In this document: piece by piece, positions 22,538-30,154 of the stretch
Layout: each line of letters opens with the position of its first letter
Position numbering within the stretch: position 1 is the stretch's first letter
Virus record (IMG/VR): IMGVR_UViG_3300017766_003255
Coordinates: 1 to 40,219 of that record
Direction: 5' to 3' (one strand)
Source: a virus
Taxonomy: Duplodnaviria > Caudoviricetes
Length of the DNA stretch: 40,219 nt
Notes under the pieces: generated by a model
What the model was told of the DNA's origin: nothing
The model's input: only the letters and a program-made list of their open reading frames with translations
Databases searched by the model: none
Made by a program: the position numbers and the translations under genes

Positions 22538-22800
22538 AAGCACTGAAGCTGAATGAAGACACTCGGGAAGAAATCTTCGTCGATCTGATCCATGAATTAT
22601 GGAAGTACAACACTGATGGCATCAAGGATATCGCGCAAAAAGCTGGCTGCCATTGGGTAACCCTGTATGCATGGAAGTCAGGGCGCACCAACGCGCCCCG
22701 CCTCGACAAGCTGGCGCCGGTTGCGCGAGTGCTCGGTTACAACCTCGTGCTCAGCAAAACAAAAAAGCCTGTTCCAAGACATCTGCGGAGCGTGAAATGA
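22534..22800 (+). CDS. XRE-family HTH protein (88 aa)
   Basis: IKDIAQKAGCHWVTLYAWKSGRTNAPRLDKLAPVARVLG. Confidence 0.85.
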   Translation: MKALKLNEDTREEIFVDLIHELWKYNTDGIKDIAQKAGCHWVTLYAWKSGRTNAPRLDKLAPVARVLGYNLVLSKTKKPVPRHLRSVK

Positions 22801-22988
22801 ACGACACCACCCTGCTGATACGGTTGCTGGAAACAGCGATCGAGTCGCAAATAGGCGGGCACCAAGTGCTGGGGCTGTTGGCCTCGGCACGAGACAAGCT
22901 GATTATCCTGAGCGCCGCACAGGATGTAGCAAAGCGGCACGACGTCACGCTGGATCTCCTCCAGCAGATACTGGACGAGGACAACTGA
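22797..22988 (+). CDS. hypothetical protein (63 aa)
   Basis: ATGA-coupled; MNDTTLLIRLLETAIES... Confidence 0.65.
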   Translation: MNDTTLLIRLLETAIESQIGGHQVLGLLASARDKLIILSAAQDVAKRHDVTLDLLQQILDEDN

Positions 22989-23119
22989 TGAAAGAGAAGA
23001 ATATTCACATCCGCGTCACAGCGGATCAACACCAGCGCATCATGCAAGAGGCGCGGAAACTGGGCTTGACGGTGTCAGCTTACATCTTGATGTTGGTAGA
23101 TGGAGGCACCGCAAAGTGA
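22988..23119 (+). CDS. ribbon-helix-helix protein (43 aa; CopG/MobC-like)
   Basis: MKEKNIHIRVTADQHQRIMQEARKLGLTVSAYILMLVDGGTAK: beta-strand IHIRV plus A..LG.TVSAYI. TGATG overlap with the preceding gene. Confidence 0.75.
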   Translation: MKEKNIHIRVTADQHQRIMQEARKLGLTVSAYILMLVDGGTAK

Positions 23120-23187
23120 ACGAGCGTATCGCAATGATCCTAACTTTACTCTGCGCCTTCATCATCGGCGCTCTGGTGATCCTATGA
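23116..23187 (+). CDS. 23-aa membrane micropeptide
   Basis: GTG start overlapping the previous stop, GGAGG RBS, MNERIAMILTLLCAFIIGALVIL, and a stop overlapping the next ATG. Confidence 0.5.
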   Translation: MNERIAMILTLLCAFIIGALVIL

Positions 23188-23420
23188 ATATCGAAAAAGA
23201 ACTGGCACAAAACAATTTGCGCTATTGGACAAAAAGTTACGCCGAGTGGAAGCAAGCAAAGCAAAGCGCCGGCTGGAAAGGTTTTGTGATGCAACACATG
23301 AACAATTCCCGCAGGAATCTGGCGAAAGCGATCCGCGAATATGAGCAAAAACTCGGCAGGCCGCATCGCTACCTTCCGCAGTGTGGGGCAGTGCAGTACA
23401 CGCGACCGGAGGCGATATGA
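23184..23420 (+). CDS. hypothetical protein (78 aa)
   Basis: MNIEKELAQNNLRYW...; coupled overlaps on both sides. Confidence 0.65.
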   Translation: MNIEKELAQNNLRYWTKSYAEWKQAKQSAGWKGFVMQHMNNSRRNLAKAIREYEQKLGRPHRYLPQCGAVQYTRPEAI

Positions 23421-23674
23421 GCCCAAAAGACTCGGCAATTGTGCAAGAGCTGCTGCGCAATCTGGGGATTGCATTAGATAATTTTTGGGACGACCCAAGC
23501 AATAACCAAACTGAAGGGATAAAGCGAGCGATTGTCATGAGCACATTGACCAATGCGCTGGTGGCAAGCGCGGTAGCGTATGAAGTCCCGATAGAGGTCT
23601 TGCTGTACAACATTGCTGACACTCTGAATACGCACGGAATGCTGCACGACGACGACGACCACCCCGTGCATTAG
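23417..23674 (+). CDS. hypothetical protein (85 aa)
   Basis: GGAGG RBS and ATGA overlap; MSPKDSAIVQELL... Confidence 0.7.
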   Translation: MSPKDSAIVQELLRNLGIALDNFWDDPSNNQTEGIKRAIVMSTLTNALVASAVAYEVPIEVLLYNIADTLNTHGMLHDDDDHPVH

Positions 23675-23683
23675 GAGCAGAAC

Positions 23684-23854
23684 ATGTTTGATTATGATGA
23701 TGGTGAGCGCCCCACCCGGCGCCAAAGATGGTACCAGCAAGACCTGAGAAGGCATCCAGATTGCCGTGATCCAGACCACCCCGGATGCCCAGACTGCAAC
23801 CCCACAGATGATGAGGAGGAAGGCGAAGATGGTAATCCGAGAGATAAAGAATGA
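23684..23854 (+). CDS. small Cys/His protein (56 aa), HPDCRDPDHPGCPDC motif
   Basis: AGGAG RBS; manual translation MFDYDDGERPTRRQRWYQQDLRRHPDCRDPDHPGCPDCNPTDDEEEGEDGNPRDKE. Confidence 0.65.
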   Translation: MFDYDDGERPTRRQRWYQQDLRRHPDCRDPDHPGCPDCNPTDDEEEGEDGNPRDKE

Positions 23855-23966
23855 TTGGTTTAGGCTGGATGCTGACGGGCTGGTGTTTTTTGGATATACC
23901 CGCGAGCAAGTGTGGCACAAATATCAGGCGTGGGTACGCCAGTACGATTTGAGGAGAGTGAGATGA
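23829..23966 (+). CDS. hypothetical protein (45 aa)
   Basis: GGAGG RBS; MVIREIKNDWFRLDADGLVFFGYTREQVW... Confidence 0.6.
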   Translation: MVIREIKNDWFRLDADGLVFFGYTREQVWHKYQAWVRQYDLRRVR

Positions 23967-24142
23967 CAGCATTAACGAAGCGAGAGCAGTTTGCGATGGC
24001 CGCGATGCAGGGGCTGATGTCGGATTTTGAGGCCGTGTACGAAAGCTGCCCCACGGGAGTGATGCCTGCTGACTACGCCGTGTCCGTGGCGGTAGTCATA
24101 GCCGACAAGATGATAGCAGCACTGGAGAAGAACGATGAGTAA
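23963..24142 (+). CDS. small phage protein, LTKRE.FA..AMQG family (59 aa)
   Basis: MTALTKREQFAMAAMQGLMS...AVVIADKMIAAL; GAGGAG RBS. Confidence 0.75.
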   Translation: MTALTKREQFAMAAMQGLMSDFEAVYESCPTGVMPADYAVSVAVVIADKMIAALEKNDE

Positions 24143-24344
24143 AGACACTGGAGGACGGGCGTTCCCGCAACAATTTGACGATCAAGACGGCATGACCCTG
24201 CGCCAATACGCTGCAATAAAGGCGATGCAAGGGTTTCTCAGTAATAGCAGGCTCCCCGCTATGGTGCCCACAGGGTCGTCCGTTGTGGTGGAGTCAATAA
24301 AAACGGCAGACGCACTGCTTGCCGAACTGGAGGCAAGAAAATGA
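24135..24344 (+). CDS. small phage protein, GG.AFP..GMTLR.Y.A.KAMQG family (69 aa)
   Basis: Characteristic motif of a widespread small phage protein, ending ADALLAEL. Confidence 0.8.
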   Translation: MSKDTGGRAFPQQFDDQDGMTLRQYAAIKAMQGFLSNSRLPAMVPTGSSVVVESIKTADALLAELEARK

Positions 24345-24772
24345 CAGAGCGTGAACCGACAGAAGAAATGATAATGGCCGGGATTAATGCGGCGAACAGG
24401 TCGATGCCGTACATAAACGATACGCAAATGGTGCTGGCAATCTGGAAAGCAATGCAAGCCCGCGCTACTCCCGCACTGCCGCAGGCCGAGCATGACTTGG
24501 AGGACGTTCGGTGCCAGTGCTGCGGATACATGACATATCACAGCGAGCACATGGGCTGCATTCGCTCTGCATACAAGCAAGCACTGCCGCAGGTTCCCGA
24601 AGGCATGGCGATTGTGCCGGCGGAAGGGTTCAAAATCGAAGCAGGAAGCGAGGCGTATCAGGAAATAATCGTCACTGCGCCGGATGGCGGTCAGCAGATA
24701 TTTTGGCCTGAAGATGCAGCGTATGGTCTGATGAAAGCCATGCTCGCCGCCGCAAAGGAGAAGGGAGAATGA
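24341..24772 (+). CDS. mosaic early protein (143 aa), EPTEEM..AG motif
   Basis: EPTEEMIMAG...IWKAM, CQCCG and VPEGMAIVP segments, typical of modular accessory phage proteins. Confidence 0.75.
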   Translation: MTEREPTEEMIMAGINAANRSMPYINDTQMVLAIWKAMQARATPALPQAEHDLEDVRCQCCGYMTYHSEHMGCIRSAYKQALPQVPEGMAIVPAEGFKIEAGSEAYQEIIVTAPDGGQQIFWPEDAAYGLMKAMLAAAKEKGE

Positions 24773-24921
24773 GAAAGCAATCCGGATACATAGATGTGCA
24801 AATAGGTGCCCTGCTAATACTAGGCGGAATTATCGGCGCTGTATTTACAATAGCTGTTTACATAATCGCTTCGTGGGCATGGCCGTTCATCAAGGCTTTC
24901 GTTCATCAGATCACGGCATAA
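24769..24921 (+). CDS. small membrane protein (50 aa)
   Basis: MRKQSGYIDVQIGALLILGGIIGAVFTIAVYIIASWAWPFIKAFVHQITA; ATGA overlap and GGGAG RBS. Confidence 0.65.
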   Translation: MRKQSGYIDVQIGALLILGGIIGAVFTIAVYIIASWAWPFIKAFVHQITA

Positions 24922-24933
24922 GGAGCAAAGCAA

Positions 24934-25182
24934 ATGAGCATTAAGCCGCTGGCGTGGATAAACGCCGACAATACTATGGCAGGAATCCCATCGGTGCTCA
25001 CTGAGTACGGGCCGAACAGGAGGCCGCTCTACGCCATCCCCAACACGCACAGGGTTGTGAGTGTGGATGCCCTTAACCGCATCATGGAACTGGCTGGGGT
25101 CGCGCTTGTGTACCAGCCCTTCGGCACTAAAGACCGGCAGCATTTTGATGCACTGATGGCAATCATCGAGGACAAACCATGA
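24934..25182 (+). CDS. hypothetical protein (82 aa)
   Basis: AAGGAG RBS; KPLAW...PLYA segments. Confidence 0.75.
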   Translation: MSIKPLAWINADNTMAGIPSVLTEYGPNRRPLYAIPNTHRVVSVDALNRIMELAGVALVYQPFGTKDRQHFDALMAIIEDKP

Positions 25183-25385
25183 CAGACCGCATCCACACAT
25201 GCAGTTACTACTGCCACCACGCAGCCTGTATTAAAGCGCAGCGGGACGAGCTACGAGACAAGTACGTGGAAACTAAAAATACGCACAGGGTTGTGAGTGT
25301 GGAGCTGCTAAAGGAAGCTGTCGGCCAGCTCAGTGAGCTGAACACCTTTGCTGCGATTCGCGCAATCATCGAGGACAAGCCATGA
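25179..25385 (+). CDS. hypothetical protein (68 aa), IHTCSYYC..ACIKAQRDELRD motif
   Basis: ATGA-coupled; shares C-terminal segments with the preceding gene. Confidence 0.75.
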   Translation: MTDRIHTCSYYCHHAACIKAQRDELRDKYVETKNTHRVVSVELLKEAVGQLSELNTFAAIRAIIEDKP

Positions 25386-25774
25386 TCTCCGCCCTCTTCT
25401 GCGTAGCCAGTGCCATATACTTCGAGGCCCGTGGCGAACCCATCGAAGGACAAGCCGCTGTGGCATGGGTGATCTACCACTGCACTGCCTCGCAGCAGTA
25501 CCCAGACACCGCCTGTGGTGTCACGCACGAAGACGAGCACCGCAAGTATCAGTGCCAGTTCTCCTTCATGTGTGACGGCAAGCGCGAGGACGTACACGAC
25601 GACTGGGCATATGCCAAAGCCATGATGGTCACGATGCTCACAGCCGGTGGCTTTATACCAGACCCCACTGACGGGGCGACACACTACCACGCGACCAGAA
25701 TACAGCCGTGGTGGGCAGCGGAACTGGAACAGACCGCACAGATTGATAATCATGTTTTTTATAGAGGTGAGTGA
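25382..25774 (+). CDS. cell wall hydrolase (SleB/Hydrolase_2 family)
   Basis: AIYFEARGEP..GQ.AVA.V, CQFSF.CDG, DPTDGATHYHA, IDNHVFY. Confidence 0.9.
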   Translation: MISALFCVASAIYFEARGEPIEGQAAVAWVIYHCTASQQYPDTACGVTHEDEHRKYQCQFSFMCDGKREDVHDDWAYAKAMMVTMLTAGGFIPDPTDGATHYHATRIQPWWAAELEQTAQIDNHVFYRGE

Positions 25775-26577
25775 TGAAATACTTGGTGAACAGAGAGACG
25801 AAAGAACACAAAGTCGCAACGCCTTTGGCCGAAAGCATCATCAAAGGCTATCCTGATTTTAAGGACGACTGGCAGCTTGTCGAAGCCGACTCCGAAGGCT
25901 GGATTCCGTGGAGCGGGGGAGAGTGTCCGTTGCCGGAGAATGCACTGGTTTGTATTTGCGTGGTCGGGCATAGATATAGAGGATCAAGCCCTGCTGCTAA
26001 TTATAATTGGGGCGCGAGAGCTGGAATTGAATACTACCGCCCCATCCTCGCGGAGCAAGAGCCGGACAACCACTTGAGCGAAGAAGCGACAAGAGCAATC
26101 AACGAGACCTTTCGACGACGGACGGACGAAGCAAGGCTGGCGACAGAACATCTAACGCACTGTAGAAACAAAGGATGTTTTAACGACGCAGTGGGTGGAG
26201 TTTACTGCACAGAACACGGACCAGCACAGGCAGAAGGCACGCCATCCGTATTCGACCGCCTGAAGTCAGCCGTTGCCGCTTCGGAGTCCATTCCGGGGAT
26301 CATTGCGGAGATTGACGCTATGCTGCCGGATGGGTATTGCGTTACAAGGTGCGTGGAACAGCCCGCCGAGGACATGACCGATTGGACGAACTGGCGAGAC
26401 GGTGATTTGATTGAGTGCGTCAACGATGAGGGGTGGGAGACTTTTCACGTAGGTGGGATTTATAAGTTTACGCGGTGGGGGAAAGGGGGTGGGTTCGACG
26501 CAGACGTCACCGAGGTTGCGGACCAGTTCGTGGCAGACTTCCGCTTCCACTCACGACCGGCCAAGGAGAGCGTGTGA
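25774..26577 (+). CDS. mosaic hypothetical protein (267 aa)
   Basis: GWIPWSGGECP segment, a Cys/His knuckle (CRNKGC..YCTEH) and a C-terminal DM..W.NWR.GD..C...FHSRP domain. Confidence 0.75.
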   Translation: MKYLVNRETKEHKVATPLAESIIKGYPDFKDDWQLVEADSEGWIPWSGGECPLPENALVCICVVGHRYRGSSPAANYNWGARAGIEYYRPILAEQEPDNHLSEEATRAINETFRRRTDEARLATEHLTHCRNKGCFNDAVGGVYCTEHGPAQAEGTPSVFDRLKSAVAASESIPGIIAEIDAMLPDGYCVTRCVEQPAEDMTDWTNWRDGDLIECVNDEGWETFHVGGIYKFTRWGKGGGFDADVTEVADQFVADFRFHSRPAKESV

Positions 26578-26822
26578 TGACAAACGAAGAACTTGAGAAG
26601 AAAGCCGGAGATTGGACAAAGCGAATCGAAGACGTTGTGATTGAAATGGCGTCTGTGACGACCACCGATGGGCTGCTCGTTTACTTTACGCACGAGAAGA
26701 TAGTCGCTGCGTTTCGGGAGTCGTTGGCGGCGCTCGTAAACAATCACGCGAATGGGCAACCGTTTTATTTAAACAACGGTGTCTATGTTGCTGAAAATGA
26801 CACCGACGAGGAGAGTGTGTGA
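26577..26822 (+). CDS. hypothetical protein (81 aa)
   Basis: AGGAGAG RBS and TGATG overlap. Confidence 0.7.
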   Translation: MTNEELEKKAGDWTKRIEDVVIEMASVTTTDGLLVYFTHEKIVAAFRESLAALVNNHANGQPFYLNNGVYVAENDTDEESV

Positions 26823-26974
26823 TGACTGAACTCACAGATAAAGAAAAGGCGCACGCGGCCCTTGATAAACGCGCGTCGGGCACCCCGCTCACAGACGCAG
26901 AGCGGGACGAGCTGTACGACGACATTTACTGGTACATACGTTCCCTTGAGGACGAAGTGAGGATGCTGGGATGA
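26822..26974 (+). CDS. hypothetical protein (50 aa)
   Basis: MTELTDKEKAHAALDKRASGTPLTDAERDELYDDIYWYIRSLEDEVRMLG; coupled on both sides. Confidence 0.65.
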   Translation: MTELTDKEKAHAALDKRASGTPLTDAERDELYDDIYWYIRSLEDEVRMLG

Positions 26975-27186
26975 ACCTTGAAGAACTGCAAGAAGCGCTT
27001 AACGATCTAGAGCGGGCAGAGGGGCGGGAGAAAGGTGCATTTGCGCGGGTAGAGGTGCGGTTTTACAGCAGTTATGGAGACTCCGGCCAAGACGTGCTGT
27101 CCGTATACTACAACGACGACACCAATACTGTCTGCATAGACCTAGACGAAGGCGCAGCACAGGAGACCGATAATGCCAACAATTGA
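26971..27186 (+). CDS. hypothetical protein (71 aa)
   Basis: ATGA overlap; MNLEELQEALNDL... Confidence 0.65.
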   Translation: MNLEELQEALNDLERAEGREKGAFARVEVRFYSSYGDSGQDVLSVYYNDDTNTVCIDLDEGAAQETDNANN

Positions 27187-27469
27187 CAACCCAACAACAG
27201 CAGCAAACATCCTCAAGACCGCAATAGGGCACATGGAAGAACGAGCGGTCACGTATGACAACCCACAAGGCGAGCGCAGCATGGGCAAGACCGTGGCGAT
27301 GTTCAACACGCTGACCGAGCACGGGCTGACGGAAGAACAGGGCTGGCTTTTCATGTCCTGCTTGAAGATGGTACGCTCCCAGCAAGGCGAGTATCGTGCC
27401 GACAGTTACGAAGACGGCGCAGCGTATTTCGCGCTGGCCGGCGAGAACGCAGCACAGGAGCGAGCGTGA
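27173..27469 (+). CDS. DUF6378-like phage protein (98 aa)
   Basis: A..IL..A...M.ER...YD...GERSM...A.FN......LT...GW.FM..LK.VR......DSYEDGAAY.AL.GE; often found near nucleotide-metabolism genes. Confidence 0.75.
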   Translation: MPTIDNPTTAANILKTAIGHMEERAVTYDNPQGERSMGKTVAMFNTLTEHGLTEEQGWLFMSCLKMVRSQQGEYRADSYEDGAAYFALAGENAAQERA

Positions 27470-27891
27470 TGAGATTTGCAAAACTGACCACAACGGCCAC
27501 CACACCGACGCGCGGGACCCCCGGCGCGGCTGGGCTGGATCTGTACTCTGACACCGAATGTTTGGTGATCAGCTACAAAACGGAAATGGTCGGCACAGGG
27601 ATTGCCGTGGAGATACCAGAAGGATATGTGGGGCTGCTGTTTCTACGCAGCAGCATCGGGAAGGCGGGAGTCGCGCTGGCCAACGGGGTGGGGGTGATCG
27701 ACTCTGACTACCGGGGAGAGGTGCAGCTGTGCCTGACTTACGCGCATGACATGGGGGGGCACCACATACGCCAAGGCGACCGCATAGCGCAGCTGGTCGT
27801 GGTACCAGCGCCGATGTTTGACTTGACCGAAGTGGACGCACTGACACCCACGGAGCGTGGAGCTGGCGGCTTTGGGAGTACTGGGAGATGA
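27469..27891 (+). CDS. dut: dUTPase (trimeric)
   Basis: AAGLDL, RSS, GVIDSDYRGE, GDRIAQL, RGAGGFGSTG. Confidence 0.95.
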   Translation: MRFAKLTTTATTPTRGTPGAAGLDLYSDTECLVISYKTEMVGTGIAVEIPEGYVGLLFLRSSIGKAGVALANGVGVIDSDYRGEVQLCLTYAHDMGGHHIRQGDRIAQLVVVPAPMFDLTEVDALTPTERGAGGFGSTGR

Positions 27892-28097
27892 GAAGCAACA
27901 CCTACTACTACAACCTCGAGCGCGCTCACGATCAGCAGAACCCGGAGCGCGACAAGCTCGAGGCACAGATCAAGGAGTATCTGGCGAAAGGGGGGAAGGT
28001 GACGCAAGTGCCGCGAGGGGAGAGCGGATCCGGACCAATTTCGGACCATCAGGTCCACAAGAAGCTGGAAAAGATAAAAAGCTTTGGAGAAGAGTAG
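27888..28097 (+). CDS. SutA RNA-polymerase-binding-domain-like protein (69 aa)
   Basis: ERDKLEAQIKEYLAKGGKVTQVP resembles the ERDALARAMEEFLSRGGKVQEI core of Pseudomonas SutA (recalled from memory). Confidence 0.65.
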   Translation: MRSNTYYYNLERAHDQQNPERDKLEAQIKEYLAKGGKVTQVPRGESGSGPISDHQVHKKLEKIKSFGEE

Positions 28098-28339
28098 TGA
28101 TCAAGCGCATCCACGTTAACCAGCACCACATCCGCGCTAATAGCAAAGGCGCCGACCTGCCGGTGCTGACAATCAAAACCAGCAAGGGCAACGTCAAGTG
28201 CAACCGGGTCGAGATCCACGGCCCGAGCACCGTGGTCTACTCCCCAGACAAGCCCCTGTCCTGCGGGGCAAAGGTGTGGATCGAAACCAATGCCGAGATC
28301 ACTGTGCATGGCTCGGCAGTGGCTGGCGTTACTTTATAA
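28097..28339 (+). CDS. conserved phage hypothetical protein (80 aa)
   Basis: IHVNQH.IRAN...PVLTIKT.....C..VEI.GPS.VVYSPDKPLSCGAKVWIET; GTG start overlapping the previous stop. Confidence 0.8.
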   Translation: MIKRIHVNQHHIRANSKGADLPVLTIKTSKGNVKCNRVEIHGPSTVVYSPDKPLSCGAKVWIETNAEITVHGSAVAGVTL

Positions 28340-28865
28340 CATCTTTCGCCACAAAGTTGACGTACTCCGTATACGGTAGCGGCAGCTGTTGCCGCTCTGC
28401 ACGGATTACTGCGTAAGGGGCATCTACCTCGCTGTCAGGTCGGCTGTGGAAACTGAAAACGGATGCGCAACGGTAGTGAGGATATCCATGCTTATCAACA
28501 AAGCTGAGAAACCCACGCATATCGCAAGTGCTTTGAATTCTGTAAAGCGTCCCCTTACTATAGCCAAAGCCCTCGGATGTGCATAAGAGCACATCCCCAA
28601 CACGCCAGTTTTGCCATTGGCTCATGTCAGATGGATCAACAGCATCATCGTCCAGCGCAACACTGCACTCTTCGCATCGAGTGTTCGACACCTTTTTAAA
28701 TTGTGCTCTCGGAAGAACGTGCCCGCAGCTCAAGACAAGGTGCTTAGAAAAAGTTCTGGTTATTTTTTCAACGGTGACGTTGACCCATTTTTTATGGATC
28801 TCAACTTTTTCGGTGACCACGTCGCACTCGCCGACGACATCCCTTCTTACGTTGTGATATTGCAT
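28329..28865 (-). CDS. mosaic hypothetical protein (178 aa)
   Basis: LSCGH...RCEEC Zn-finger-like segment plus a DM..W.NWR.GD..C...FHSRP domain; GAGGG RBS. Confidence 0.7.
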   Translation of the reverse strand: MQYHNVRRDVVGECDVVTEKVEIHKKWVNVTVEKITRTFSKHLVLSCGHVLPRAQFKKVSNTRCEECSVALDDDAVDPSDMSQWQNWRVGDVLLCTSEGFGYSKGTLYRIQSTCDMRGFLSFVDKHGYPHYRCASVFSFHSRPDSEVDAPYAVIRAERQQLPLPYTEYVNFVAKDVIK

Positions 28866-28885
28866 TTTTTTCCCTCAGATTATGA

Positions 28886-29056
28886 TTATGCGGAAATCAG
28901 CCCCTGCTCAATCAGTGACGCCGCCGTGCGCCCAAACGAGCCCTGAAGCTGGTAGGCGAGCCCGGTGTCGTGGAGGTACTGCCATGCGGCCAGCACCTCT
29001 TCCTCAGTCCCTTCTTCAAAGCCCTCTGCGAGGGCCACTGCTTCGTAGTTGCTCAT
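28886..29056 (-). CDS. small conserved phage protein (56 aa), WQ.L.DTG.A..LQG.FGR.A..LIE.G motif
   Basis: Manual translation MSNYEAVALAEGFEEGTEEEVLAAWQYLHDTGLAYQLQGSFGRTAASLIEQGLISA; AGGAG RBS and ATGA overlap. Confidence 0.8.
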   Translation of the reverse strand: MSNYEAVALAEGFEEGTEEEVLAAWQYLHDTGLAYQLQGSFGRTAASLIEQGLISA

Positions 29057-29319
29057 GATTTAGCTCCTGTGTCGACAAACACATACCCGGCCTTCGTTCC
29101 CCCAGCAATCCAGCGCGAGCTGAACGCCTCCTCTGGATCTATCCACTTCAGCTTGCGTGCCAGAGTCTCTGCTGCCAGCGCGTGGCAATCGACGCCAGAC
29201 AGCTCGTATGGGTAGCCGATCGTCACCCTGATGCCGCTGGCTGTCGTGGCAGAGATTCGGCTGCCACGGGTGTCCGTGGGGCCGTGCTTTTTCGTTTCGA
29301 TTGACTGCAGTGCGATCAT
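29053..29319 (-). CDS. conserved phage protein (88 aa), I.T...GPT.TRGSRI.A motif
   Basis: AAGGAG RBS upstream of ATG 29319. Confidence 0.8.
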   Translation of the reverse strand: MIALQSIETKKHGPTDTRGSRISATTASGIRVTIGYPYELSGVDCHALAAETLARKLKWIDPEEAFSSRWIAGGTKAGYVFVDTGAKS

Positions 29320-29362
29320 GGTAGTGCTCCTTGGTGATGGCCGTCCGTGGCCCTGTGAAGTT

Positions 29363-30058
29363 TTAGATTTCGGAAAGTTCGGCTCTGATCCTGTCGAAGT
29401 CAGCTGCTGCCTGTTGGTAGGCGATCTCGAAGGCTGGGGATCCAATGCGACCTGCCTGCTTGGCGATGATCTCCAGCACGATGTCTTGACCACGGCCTGA
29501 TGGCAGGTGTCCGTGCAGCAGGTTATCGCGAACCGAGGCTACGAAGCCGTAGTCGCCCTTCAATGCGCTCAGGATAGGCGCTGCGATGCTCGCGATCTTG
29601 GCAGTGCGATCGGCTGCGCGTTGAGCTGCCTGCTGGCTGGAGAGCTCTGCGTCGGTCAGGCCGCTGTTGCGTGCGCGCTGGGCGTCGAGCTCGGCGTTGT
29701 ATGCTGCCTGACGAGCCTGTTGCTGTGCTTCACGCTTGGCATCACGGGCAGCCTTGGCCTTCTTCCTGAGCGCCAGCTTTACCTTGCTGATGACCTCGGT
29801 GTGGTGCGTCTTTTCAACACAGTCTGTGCCGACAGAAAATCTCTCTCCGGTCGAATCAACGATGATGCAGTGATTGCTGATGCCGGTACCGCAATGATCA
29901 CAGCTGAAGTGGCAGCACGCTGGCTTGCTGCGCAGCTGTGCGTTGTACGCCTCCGGATTGGCTTCCAGCAGCGCCTTGGATGGCGCAGACCAAATGCCGA
30001 CAAAGCGAAATGGTGCTATACCGAATTGGAAGTGCTTGTGGACTGTCGCTGTGCTCAT
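29363..30058 (-). CDS. hypothetical early protein (231 aa) with CDHCG..VGTDC Zn motif and coiled coil
   Basis: GAGGAG RBS before ATG 30058; first gene after a strong promoter. Confidence 0.8.
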   Translation of the reverse strand: MSTATVHKHFQFGIAPFRFVGIWSAPSKALLEANPEAYNAQLRSKPACCHFSCDHCGTGISNHCIIVDSTGERFSVGTDCVEKTHHTEVISKVKLALRKKAKAARDAKREAQQQARQAAYNAELDAQRARNSGLTDAELSSQQAAQRAADRTAKIASIAAPILSALKGDYGFVASVRDNLLHGHLPSGRGQDIVLEIIAKQAGRIGSPAFEIAYQQAAADFDRIRAELSEI

Positions 30059-30097
30059 TTTGCTCTCCTCTGGCAGCTGGATGCCGCCGATGTGAGT

Positions 30098-30150
30098 ACT
30101 ATAAGGCCTTGCATACTCGATTGCAACTACTTGTGCGAGCAATCGAGTAT
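30098..30150 (-). promoter_or_regulatory. sigma70 promoter with overlapping 12-bp inverted repeat (operator-like)
   Basis: Minus strand TTGCAA-N17-TATAGT (30126-30098); ATACTCGATTGC (30113-30124) and GCAATCGAGTAT (30139-30150) form a perfect inverted repeat. Confidence 0.7.
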
Positions 30151-30154
30151 ATAT

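Noticed and set aside
27960-28000. LAKGG in the SutA-like protein as another copy of the virion GG motif
   Set aside because: It is part of the SutA-family core in an early gene. It does show that the short motif can arise independently, so enrichment testing is needed.
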